Below the pieces are notes generated by a model, which worked only from the letters and a program-made list of their open reading frames with translations, made no database searches and had not been told where the DNA came from. A program made the position numbers and the translations under genes. A DNA stretch of 64,000 bases from Antedon mediterranea (Eukaryota > Animalia > Echinodermata). This document shows positions 1 to 12,500 of the stretch, one piece after another. Every line of letters starts with the position of its first letter. The first letter of the stretch is position 1. The DNA lies in the NCBI RefSeq assembly GCF_964355755.1, contig NC_092671.1:15128001-15192000 (forward strand). The letters run 5' to 3'.

Positions 1-2960
1 TCAATCTCAATTAAGTAGCTATTCCAGTAATATGTTTATTTTTCAGATAATGATCCCTGCACTTCAAATCCTTGTGGCACCAATGGAGACTGCAATTCTG
101 ATCAATGCTCATTTACTTGTGGATGTGATCCTTGTTACTCTGGTGCTGCTTGTCAGACATGTAAGTTTACTGACTTAACAGTCTTTCAATTCCATTTGAA
201 AACAGTTTAACATCAAAGCCAAATAGGTCAACAGACAGTAGTTACGCTTCAGATAAATTACTGCCAATAACCAGATAGTCAATCTCAATTAAGTAGCTAT
301 TCCAGTAATTTGTTTTTTATTTTTTAGATAATGATCCCTGCACTTCAAATCCTTGTGGCGCCAATGGAGACTGCAATTCTGATCAATGCTCATTTACTTG
401 TGCATGTGATCCTTGTTACTCTGGTGCTGCTTGTCAGACATGTAAGTTTACTGACTTAACGGTCCTTCAATTCCATTTGAAAACAGTTTGACATCAATGC
501 CAAATAGGTCAACAGACAATAGTTACACTTCAGATAACTTACTGCCAATAACCAGATAGTCAATCTCAATTAAGTAGCTATTCCAATATTTTGTTTGTTT
601 TTCAGATAATGATCCCTGCACTTCAAATCCTTGTGGCACCAATGGAGACTGCAATTCTGATCAATGCTCATTTACTTGTGCATGTGATCCTTGTTACTCT
701 GGTGCTGCTTGTCAGACATGTAAGTTTACTGACTTAACGGTCCTTCAATTCCATTTGAAAACAGTCTGACATCAAAGCCAAATAGATCAACAGACAATAG
801 TTATGCTTCAGATAAACTACTTCCAATAACCAGACAGTCAATCTCAATTAAGTAGCTATTCCAGTATTTTTTTTGTTTTTCAGATAATGATCCCTGCACT
901 TCAAATCCTTGTGGCGCCAATGGAGACTGCAATTCTGATCAATGCTCATTTACTTGTGCATGTGATCCTTGTTACTCTGGTGCTGCTTGTCAGACATGTA
1001 AGTTTACTGACTTAACGGTCTTTCAATTCCATTTGAAAACAGTTTGACATCAATGCCAAATAGGTCAACAGACAATAGTTACGCTACAAATAATTTACTG
1101 CCAATAACCAGATAGTCAATCTCAATTAAGTAGCTATTCCAGTAATATGTTTATTTTTCAGATAATGATCCCTGCACTTCAAATCCTTGTGGCACCAATG
1201 GAGACTGCAATTCTGATCAATGCTCATTTACTTGTGCATGTGATCCTTGTTACTCTGGTGCTGCTTGTCAGACATGTAAGTTTACTGACTTTACGGTCCT
1301 TCAATTCCATTTGAAAACTGTCTTGACATCAAAGCCAAATAGATCAACAGACAATAGTTATGCTTCAGATAAATTACTGCCAATAATCAGATAGTCAATC
1401 TCAATTAAGTATGTAATCCAGTAATTTGTTTATTTTTTAGATAATGATCCCTGCACTTCAAATCCTTGTGGCACCAATGGAGACTGCAATTCTGATCAAT
1501 GCTCATTTACTTGTGCATGTGATCCTTGTTACTCTGGTGCTGCTTGTCAGACATGTAAGTTTACTGACTTAACGGTCCTTCAATTCCATTTGAAAACAGT
1601 CTGACATCAAAGCCAAATAGATCAACAGACAATAGTTATGCTTCAGATAAACTACTTCCAATAATCAGATAGTCAATCTCAATTAAGTAGCTATTCCAAT
1701 ATTTTGTTTGTTTTTCAGATAATGATCCCTGCACTTCAAATCCTTGTGGCACCAATGGAGACTGCAATTCTGATCAATGCTCATTTACTTGTGCATGTGA
1801 TCCTTGTTACTCTGGTGCTGCTTGTCAGACATGTAAGTTTACTGACTTAACGGTCCTTCAATTCCATTTGAAAACCGTTTAACATCAAAGGCAAATAGGT
1901 CAACAGACAATAGTTTCGCTTCAGATAATTTACTGCCAATAATCAGATAGTCAATCTCAATTAAGTATGTAATCCAGTAATTTGTTTATTTTTTAGATAA
2001 TGATCCCTGCACTTCAAATCCTTGTGGCACCAATGGAGACTGCAATTCTGATCAATGCTCATTTACTTGTGCATGTGATCCTTGTTACTCTGGTGCTGCT
2101 TGTCAGACATGTAAGTTTACTGACTTAACGGTCTTTCAATTCCATTTGAAAACAGTTTGACATCAATGCCAAATAGGTCAACAGACAATAGTTACACTTC
2201 AGATAACTTACTGCCAATAACCAGATAGTCAATCTCAATTAAGTAGCTATTCCAGTAATTTCCTTGTTACTCTAGTGCTGCTTGTCAGACATGTAAGTTT
2301 ACTGTCTTTACTTGATAATACTTTACTTAATAATATTTAAAAACATTACGATATATTCTATACAGTATATGAATATTTAGTTGGCATGGGATGTGAGTGA
2401 TCTATAAATAAATACAAAAATATAAATTCAATTTGAATAGAGTTTTACAGATGCTCAGGATTGTTCTACACCATAGCATTGTACTTTATCTTTTTTTCAG
2501 ATAATTCAGATAATTTACTGCCAATAACCAGATAACTTACTGCCAATAACCAGATAGTCAATATCCAGGAGCTATTTCAGTAATTTGTTTGTTTTTCAGA
2601 TAATGATCCCTGCACTTCAAATCCTTGTGGCACCAATGGAGACTGCAATTCTGATCAATGCTCATTTACTTGTGCATGTGATCCTTGTTACTCTGGTGCT
2701 GCTTGTCAGACATGTAAGTTTACTGGCTTAACGGTCTTTCAATTCCATTTGAAAACAGTTTAACATCAAAGCCAAATAGGTCAACAGACAATAGTTACGC
2801 TTCAGATAATTTACTGCCAATAACCAGATTGTTTGTTTTTCAGATAATGATCCCTGCACTTCAAATCCTTGTGGCGCCAATGGAGACTGTAGTTCTGATC
2901 AATGCTCATTTACTTGTGCATGTGATGCTTGTTACTCTGGTGACACTTGTCAGACATGTA
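1..2960 (+). repeat. Intragenic tandem array of a ~278-bp exon+intron unit (gene A)
   Basis: Exon starts at 47, 328, 606, 884, 1162, 1441, 1719 and 1997 (spacing 278-281). Introns are nearly as similar between copies as the exons. Confidence 0.95.
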
Positions 2961-4882
2961 AGTTTACTGTCTTTACTTGATAATACTTTACTTAATAATA
3001 TTAAAAATTATTACGATATATTCTATATATGAATATTTAGTTGGCCAGAGATTAGTGAGTGATCTATGAATAGATACAAAAATATAAATTCAATTTGAAT
3101 AAAGTTTTACAGATGCTCAGGATTGTTCTACACCATAGCATTGTACTTTACCTTGTCAATTTCTTTAAGCATGTTTTCCAGTCGACATTGTGTTGCCTTG
3201 AATTTTCAAATTGTTAAAGTTGAAAATAAATACCAATAACCGAGCCAGACCGCTAATATTTACGCATTTTTATGTGATCGTTCATGGTTTTCTTGGTTCT
3301 ATCGAGCATTGCTGGGACACTCTCACGTGAAGTGTTGCAGACCGCGGGCCAGCTACACGCAGCCGGGACCACATACGAATTTGAAAAAGTCTGAAGTTCT
3401 TGATACTCAGCTGCAACCTGTTTATGCTGATATCTTAATCTATGTTTACAATAAGAAAAAAATGTATTTCATTGTGTTTGTATTATAATTAAGTTTGACT
3501 TACACTTGTTATTTTGAAATATATATAATATATATAAACATTGTCGCGTTTTAAAAATTCAAGAATTGTCAGTGCAAACTTATTTTTTTACAAACTATGA
3601 CGTAATTTGGGAACCATTTGATTGGTTAGTTTTAACTATCAATGAAGTTGAACTCGGTTCCTGTAAAAATGTTGAATCCAGTTATTTAAACTTTTCTGGA
3701 AAACAGGCTTTACCAAATAAGAATACAGTATTATTTATAGCCATTATCATCAGCAGATTTAAGTTAACACACTCTTCTTTCATGTATGTTTTATTTAGTG
3801 TAAGCCTAAACCTAAAAATTATAATACATTTCTGTATTTGTTTTTGGATTGTCATTTTTAGATACTGATCCATGTGATTCAAGTCCTTGTAATGCGTTTC
3901 AAGAATGTTCCATTGCCATTAGTGGAAATCAATGTGGTTATGATTGTGACTGTCTTCCCTGCTATTGGGGATCAAATTGTCAAAATGGTATGTTTTAGTA
4001 TCGTTCTGCTACTAAAAATGCATTTGCGAGTTTTTGAAAGCGTGTCACTGCATAGACCCATACACAGACACTCAAACATACATGAACTAGTACACCAGGT
4101 TTTATCACTCACTCATCTTAAAAGATGCCCGTCCACCAAAATCATTAAAAACATTCTGGTAAGCGAAAAACAAACATTTTTAATCTTTTATTTCTTATGA
4201 CCATTTACACAAAACAGATTGTACGGGGAATACTATATGCTTTTTTGCTTACATTACTGCTCGTCGTGTAAATTGGCCTTAAGAAACATACTTAAACAAA
4301 CTTGACCTCTCCCAGAGTTTTCTTAAGGCACCGGACCAAATGCGCGCTTAATGTGAATGTAGCTTGTTGCTAAATGGCAAAGAATAAGTGCGAAGTAGTA
4401 GATGAAACGAGAATGGATACTTTGACAGAGGTGAGCTGTAAAGTTGACAAGATAACCACCATAACTTTTTTTTTTATTGTTAGTGAGAGGTGGATGCAAT
4501 GGCACACCTTGTCAAAATGGAGGAACATGTGTACCAGTCCCATTTTCTGAAAATATCTGTTTTTATAGATGCGAATGTGAAGAGGGGCATTTTGGCAACA
4601 ACTGTCAATTTGATGGTAAATGTTTAAAACAATTCACATTCAAATGATGATTGATCACCAACTAGCTTAATTTTCACATAGCTCACCTACCGTGAAGTAG
4701 GAAAAATTCTGATCGCCACTCTGCTTAATATAAGCTTTCCATATAAAACCTCTAAAATAATTTTGTTTCCTGTACCATTTTTATATGTCATTTATGTGTT
4801 TGAACCAAATAAACCAAATCAAATCAGGTATTCAAGCAATTGTCTGCATAATAATTAAAATATTATTTTTCTTTCAGAATAA
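47..4882 (+). CDS. Gene A, 3' portion of a multi-EGF (fibropellin/Notch-repeat-like) protein; 5' end lies upstream of the window
   Basis: AG/GT-bounded phase-1 exons at 47-160, 328-441, 606-719, 884-997, 1162-1275, 1441-1554, 1719-1832, 1997-2110, 2600-2713 and 2844-2957 (114 nt each, YNDPCTSNPCGTNGDCNSDQCSFTCACDPCYSGAACQT). Then 3862-3987 (TDPCDSSPCNAFQECSIAISGNQCGYDCDCLPCYWGSNCQN), 4484-4615 (VRGGCNGTPCQNGGTC...CECEEGHFGNNCQFD) and a likely last exon from 4878 giving E-stop (TAA 4880-4882). AATAAA near 4943. The terminal exon is less certain than the EGF exons. Confidence 0.85.
2261..2292 (+). pseudogene. 5'-deleted EGF exon remnant (donor kept, acceptor lost)
   Basis: The intron sequence ...tccagtaatt joins directly to tccttgttactctagtgctgcttgtcagacat|gtaag. 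The polypyrimidine tract, the AG and the first ~80 nt of the exon are missing. Confidence 0.8.
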
Positions 4883-5099
4883 TCCTGTATGAAAGTAAGT
4901 AAGTACTAAATATTATTATTTTATTTCCTTTAGTTTCAGTTCAATAAAAAAAAAGTATTAAGTGATAGAAACCACAGCTTGAAATGAATAGGCTCCTTAA
5001 ATAAACACATTGCAATATAAATTAGGAATGCCAAAATATATAAATAATAAAGATACATAAACTTCTTTTAATTTGTTTTAAACTTAATAATAATAATAA

Positions 5100-6322
5100 T
5101 CTATATATAAATTTACGCAAGGACAAAATTCGGTAAATCGCGAGTTAATTCTAAAATGTTTACTCGATGGTATCTAAAGTTGGTTAGAATCTCGGTACTG
5201 ATTTTAACCACCTGATGTAACCCTATTTACTAATTAAATTGAGTTAGATAATTAGTTATTGACAATTAAAACGAATTTAGGTTTGCGATTTGCCCCGCAT
5301 GTTTTCCGATTGTGGTATACACTGTCTAATGGATGTCCTCTTGAAAAATACCTCAACACAATAATACGAGGATGCTACACATTTTCCTATCTCCTCCTAC
5401 GATAATTGTTTTTAATAGCTGAAAACTGGTTGAACAGCTCGAGTACAGTATCATAATGTTGAAGACAGGCCGATTTTCTTTAAAAAAATACTATTTTGAT
5501 AGATTTAATATACGTTTATACAAATGTATTAATTTGCGATGAATGGAACATTCCAATCTCTCAGACTCCCAGTTTGTAGGTAAATTTATGAGGCTTTGGA
5601 TTCACACAAGTATGTACATTTATGGGCCCTGGAAGAATAAACTTACAACTGAGATATAGTATTGCAATACTTCGACACTATTGTAAATACGTATTAACCA
5701 TTTTTGGTCGCCATTTGAAATTTTCTTACTGGAATGTGGTTACTGTTAGATATATAAACACATATAAATATACATATACAAATAAAATACTCTATTACTG
5801 ACAGTTGCTTCTCAACGTTTGAATTTTAATTAATGCTTATACAAAATATAAACGTTGTAGTGGTGTATCGCTACATGTACTTTACTATTTCAATCGACTA
5901 TTGGGGACAGTTTTAACAAAGTATTAAATCGTAAATGTTTTACTGTGTTTAGTGTTATATTATTGATAGCCCTATAAAACATTTAAAACAATATTTCGTT
6001 ACTGAGTGGATAAAGAATATATTTAAAAATTGTTCTTCCCATCCTCTTCCCCATCCCTCAACTTGAATGTTATATACAAAACACAAATTGGGTTTGTTTA
6101 AATGAGTTCAAATAAAAAATTTTGACTCATTTTTAAGACAAGTTTCTCCGTCGGAAGTAGGCCTAATTCCTATCTCTAATTCCTAATTAGTTGACTATAT
6201 TAATCATCGTGTTTATTTATTTGTTTCTGAAAACGACAATGTATTTATAGTCCTGCGGTACGTACATTTGAAATCGCCAGTTTTTTTACACTGAAATTAC
6301 TGTGTATTCGAGAACCATCTAG
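5100..6322 (+). mobile_element. Non-autonomous Helitron, copy 1 (3' hairpin deleted)
   Basis: Starts TCTATATATAAA and ends CCATCTAG. It sits between host A and T inside a (TAA)n tract with no TSD. It is the reverse-complement homologue of 35618-36947 along its length. Confidence 0.88.
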
Positions 6323-6642
6323 TAATGATAATAATAATAAAGTTTTCTAGTTACAAATAAGTAACAACCAAATAGCAAACATACTAACTAACAAACAGCA
6401 CATCCTGCCATACATATTTTTAAAATAATACCAATAATAATAATAATTGAATATAGTATTTATAAATGTTAATTAAATTAAATGTTTGCATTTGTTTATT
6501 GAATTGTTCTTTCTTGCTTCTGTAGTATGTGAAAAGACTGCACATCAACCAAGCATATATACCTACGAACAGCATAGATCAAGGCAGATGTAGTGAATAT
6601 AAATTTAATCACTTAATAAATAATCATAATTTTACAGCTTAA

Positions 6643-7065
6643 AGGCCAGGTGCGGGCAAAACATTTCTATTGATCATACATTCCAATAATTATCGATCTA
6701 TAGTTTCCCCTATGTTTCATAATTTTTGGGATTTTATTTGTGTTACACAAGCTTGTTGAAAATAAGCACTTATCAGTGGGGGATAGTTAAAATTACACAG
6801 TAAAATCAGATTTTTATTTTCATGCTATAGCAAAAATTATCAGTAGTATATCCACCATCTTTTTTCACCTTTTAGGGAGTCACCAGACATGTTATTACAT
6901 AACATGAAAAAGTCTTCCTGGTTTTTATAGCAGAATATTGCCAAATTATGTATTTGACCATATTAATGGAAATTCATGTTTTTTGTCTTGATTTCTGTTA
7001 CAAATATTTGATTTATGTACAATTAACCAGATATTATATTTAAAATTCATGCCTGTACCTGAGCT
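6643..7065. mobile_element. Non-autonomous TIR element with TTAA target duplication (Kolobok-like)
   Basis: ttaa|AGGCCAGGTGCGGGCA ... TGCCTGTACCTGAGCT|ttaa. The terminal inverted repeat matches at 12/16 positions, and AG...CT ends with TTAA flanks fit Kolobok rather than piggyBac (CC...GG). Confidence 0.55.
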
Positions 7066-9445
7066 TTAAGATTTAGTATATAAGTACTTCTAAGATTATA
7101 AAAGGCCTGTTTTAACTTTCCCGAATCATTCTTAAGGGACAACTGTCTAATTCCATTCAATAATAAACAAAATAAATAAAATAACCCTACGAAATTTTGT
7201 TTTTATTTTTTTGTTACCTCCATTTTCTTGCTTTAGTAACGGGAAATTTCCACTTCTTAGTGACGCTTTTCAACCATGACTATACTTTATATAATAGATA
7301 TTTTTATATTCAGTGTTTTATAAATAAAATATAATTAACTAAACTAAAACAGATATAGAGATATTTTAATGTTTTTATTTTATTTTTTAATAAACGATGT
7401 TACAATACTATTTTTGTAACTATTATTATATTATTCTTAAACAATTATTTATAGATATAAACATATATATAATATTTACAAATTTATAAAAATACTGTAC
7501 TATATATTAATAGTAATTTTCTATTAGTTGTTTTTATACATGTAATATATAATCTATTTTATTGAAAATAATTATTTGTATTTGTTATTTTATTATTGTA
7601 GAATAAAAAATGCGTTAATAAATATTTCTTTGTTTTTATCTTGTTTATCGATCTATGACTTAATGCTTTCAATTTGTTTGGTCCAATTTAAATTTTATAT
7701 AAAATAAAATTTCACATTGAACATGAGACAAGTAGTTTGGGAAGAATGCAGAATAGTTCAGTCAGAATGAAATACTATAATAATAAAATAATCATTGAAA
7801 TATGACATACAGTGTGAAAAAAAAAACATTTTCTTGTTCTGGTTTGAAAAAAATTTCAAGTACTTGAAGGTAGTGGTTTTCGTGATTAAGAAACGGACGA
7901 TATTGGTTAATCAATAGATCAATTAAATGCTACTTTCCTTTTCATAAATCAACAGGCTTATCAAAGTGACCTTGAAATACCAACACCAAAGTAACTGGTT
8001 ATTGTTAAACTGTCCTACATTGATGAGTATGATCTATACACTAACTAAAAATGTGTAGTTTATAGTTTTAGTTTACACAGAAAAAACCACAATCAACTTC
8101 CTTTGAGACACCCATATTAGAACACTTTGAAATCAATGTATCTTGTAAAAAGAATAAGGGGAAATTTATATAACACTATGGCCGACCATGGATTAAAGAA
8201 TAATTCTTTACTCCATGGGCCAACCTATTAATTAATAGAAGGTCTACTGTAGTTTTTAATTTAATTAATTATGCTTGATGGTTAATTAGTCCAGGATGTA
8301 ATATAAGCTCTCTGTAATAATTGTTTCCCAGACAAAATTCAATTTCAAATTTACCCCACATTGGGAAACTGCAGGACAGAACTTAAAAGTTAGTACTTCA
8401 CAACATCAAAACCAGTTATTTGTGCCTTACCTAATCCTTAAAAATTGGTTACTATAGAGATACCAACGCCAGAATTATTGTAAAGCCACATTCAATGCAA
8501 AATAAACTAAGATGCGGCTAAGTACATATATCATGCTTGTAGCGAGAGGTTTTTAAGTTTTAAATAAACCACCCTGTTTCATGAAATGCCATTTGCAAAC
8601 TAGACCAGGATAAGAAGTGATGATAAATAAGCCTAACTTGTCTAGATAGGATGATTTTGCCATTTTTTGGAGGGAAAATGACCTTTTGTGAAAAAAAGTT
8701 TCTGTATATACTTTTTATCATTTTTAAATGAGTTTTTGTTTATTTGGAAATCATGGACGCTTATTCATTATTATGCGGTATTGCTTTGTACTGTAAGCAT
8801 GCTCACATCATAGTTGTTATTGATAACATCGATTCTCGGTTCGTTGCTATTTAATTTACTAATTTTAAATCTGTGAATCATTTTCATAATTAGGTAAATT
8901 GTTCTTACCAGTTGTAATGTTTATAAATAATAATATATACGTTATGTTTTTGGATTATAACTGATTATATTATTTGTTGTAACGATAAACTATTAATTCA
9001 TATCCTGTATAAATTAATGTCAATATTGTGTAAACAGACATATAGTTAAGAAACACATCACAAAGTTATTTAATTTCAACATCTGACTTCCTAACCACTA
9101 CATGCTCTCAACATATTTTTATTGGTATATACTGTTGCTATGACTTTCGTAGAATTCATGGTGGTTATATCACCACAATTTGACTTACTTTCCAGAATTA
9201 ATATTTACTTTTAAAAAACTTATAAGCGCCCCATAACCACTACCTTCCTACAAGTACTTGAAACTAATGATGCATTCTTGGTAAACACATCTTAAAGAGG
9301 TCGGCTTAACTGAAGCACTCTCTATTTGAACGATTTTCAACCACTTAATGGCTTAAAAAAAAAGGAATTAAGTTTAAGTTATAGAAATCTGAATTAAGGA
9401 ATGGTAAAGGAGTGTTATGATATTATCTTTATTATGATTAGTCCA

Positions 9446-9453
9446 TATATAAA
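9446..9453 (+). promoter_or_regulatory. Putative TATA box of gene B
   Basis: TATATAAA about 52 nt upstream of ATG 9505. A similarly spaced TATA precedes gene C. Weak on its own in AT-rich DNA. Confidence 0.45.
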
Positions 9454-9504
9454 TGATCAACTTTCACTTAATATGTAATATTTCATCCTCCGATACTAAC
9501 GACC

Positions 9505-12500
9505 ATGGAGCTACAAATTACTTTAATTGTTTTGAGCATATTTAATTTTGCAAATGCTGGTAAGTCTTTATCTTATCTATTTCATATTTGTGTAGATGGT
9601 TAATGCTGTAGAAATTAAATTTAGTAAATTATTAAAATTGTTAAAATAAAAAATAGTATAACAAATTTAGTGTAGTTAATACTATAAAAAAGTGTGTTAA
9701 TTTAAAATTTTTTTTTGTGAAAACAAATTACCAATGTTATTCATTAATAAGTTATAAAATACCTGAGATTGTAAGAATTTTGTAAAAAAAATACTACAAA
9801 ATGAATGAAAAAATAAATGTTCACACAATAATTAATTAATTGTTTTGACTGAAGAAGATAATAGGAAACAAATACACTCGAATACATAGTGTTGATTGAA
9901 ATGTTACTACCCCACTGATTTCTTATAGGCTATATACCAGTAGGGGATCCATGTTTAAATCACAGATGTAGCGAGTATGGAGAATGTGTAGCCAATGCGT
10001 GGGGTACAGGCTACTACTGTCGGTGCACAGAGTCATGCTATAGTGGCCCCTATTGTACTACCTGTAAGTATCATTACTTTCATGAATATAATTATGTATA
10101 CTAAAAAAAAATACTAAGATACAGGAAAACATGTATAACAGGCAATATTATACAAATAAAAAAAGTACTATTAAATGTTCGTTCATTAGTGCATACTATT
10201 GCATGCCATGTGATCCACAATCATCCAATCAAATGAAATGAATTTATTTATGTTTTATATAATATGTGTTATTGGGTAGGAATGCTGGATATACTCACAA
10301 GGATTATAATGGAAAAATACTTTCCAATGTGATTTTTAGACGGTAGTATTAGTAATAAATTATTATAAAGCCAATGTTATGTTACTCTATTGTTTAATCT
10401 TATTTTCAGATAACAATCCATGTGGAAGTATATGGTGCAAGAATGGTGGACTTTGTGAATCCGATGGATGTGATGCTAGTTGTAAATGTGAAGGGTGTTA
10501 CAGTGGGCAGGTTTGCCAAACATGTAAGTTGACTTTTTTTATTCAATGAGTAAAATTACTTGGTGTAATTACTATATAGTATAATTTCACACCCTAATTA
10601 AAATGTACTTTACTGTTATATTGTATATAGTAGGCCTATACCTACTATACTGTAGTTGAGTACTGTCTTAGTGTAATTTCACTTTGCCCTGCTATTATAT
10701 CTATATACAATAAAAGAAACAAAAATAATTCTTGTGTTATTAACATATGACCTACCACTCCATTCACAATCATTTGTATAATTTTCGATTTAAACATGAT
10801 GAACTATTGAGCCAACATATCAACAGTTTTGTTGATGTTGATAATTTTCCTTCAATTGTTTTCTATTTTTGTGTTTCTTGAAGATTCCGATCCATGTAAC
10901 GAGGTTAACTGTAATGGCGGTGAGTGTGAAGTCATCTCAACAGATTCTGAATGTTCATATAGATGCAGAAATTGCCCCCAATATTATTATGGAAGTCATT
11001 GCGAACTCAGTAAGTTGATAATATAGCATGTTATGTTAATATAGCATGAAGCCATTGATAAATTTAATCATTGTAGGCCTAGTTTGATGTTCTTACTACA
11101 GTTGAAATATTTTCTAAAATATTATGTTAAAAGTGAAATAAATATTTGTGTGAACATACTGTAACTTTGTGTTTTATTACATTTTTTAGAAAGAAATCCA
11201 TGTGACTCAGTTGACTGTAAAAATAGTGGAAATTGTTACATTGATTCTTATTACCAAGTATATTGCGAATGTCAAGATTGTTATTCTGGAACATACTGTG
11301 AAAAATGTAAGTTTGTTGAATTTCGAATCCAAAATTATTTTTTCTTATCTTAATTACAATTAATTAATATTATTTTATTAATTTAAATATAATGAAATTA
11401 TATACTTTTTTCTTACAGATAATGATCCTTGTTATAATGATGATAATCCATGTGAAAATTCTGGTCTCTGTATTTCTGAGGGTTGTAATTTTTGGTGTAA
11501 ATGTCCACCATGCTATACTGGTGACAGTTGTGAAAATGGTAAATCTTACATATTACATTTTCAGTGTTGTACTGTACCTAGTAAACAAAAATCCACAGCT
11601 AAAATTTTATTTCATTTGATAAATTTTTACTTTATCGTTTTACAGAAATTGATCCTTGCAGTGATATTGACTGTAATGGTGGCAAATGTGACGTAATCTC
11701 AACAGATTCAGTGTGTTCATACCAATGTATTAACTGTCCTGCTCACTATTCTGGAGATAACTGTGAAATATGTAAGTTTACTTAATTATACATTCATTAA
11801 TCATTATCAAATATATTCCATATAAAATCATTTGCTTTAATCATCTCTATTCTATTCTTCAGATACCAATCCATGTGACTCAGTTGATTGTAAAAATGGT
11901 GGAAATTGTTACATTAATTCTTATTACCAAGTTTATTGCGAGTGTCAAGATTGTTATTCTGGAACATACTGTGAAAAATGTAAGTTTGTTGAATTTCGAA
12001 TCCAAAATTTCTTATCTTAGTTCATTGAAATAAAAATAACAATTTATACACATTTTTCTTACAGATAATGATCCTTGTAATCATTATAGTAATCCATGTG
12101 AAAACTCTGGTCTCTGTATTTCTGAGGGTTGTAATTTTTGGTGTAAATGTCCAGCATGCTATACTGGTGAAAGTTGTGAAAATGGTAAAACACTGTCTAA
12201 TATTACATATATTACATGAACCTCTTTGTTAGAAAATGAGTAAAAATTTATGGCTAAATAAAACTTATGATATGTTTTTCAGTGTTGTAACTAGTAAACA
12301 AAAATTAACAGCTAAAACATTATTTCATTTGATGACATTTTACTTTATTGTTTTACAGAAATTGATCCTTGCAGTGATATTGACTGTAATGGTGGTAAAT
12401 GTGACGTAATCTCAACAGATTCAGTGTGTTCATACCAATGTATTAACTGTCCTGCTCACTATTCTGGAGATAACTGTGAAATATGTAAGTTACTTAATTA

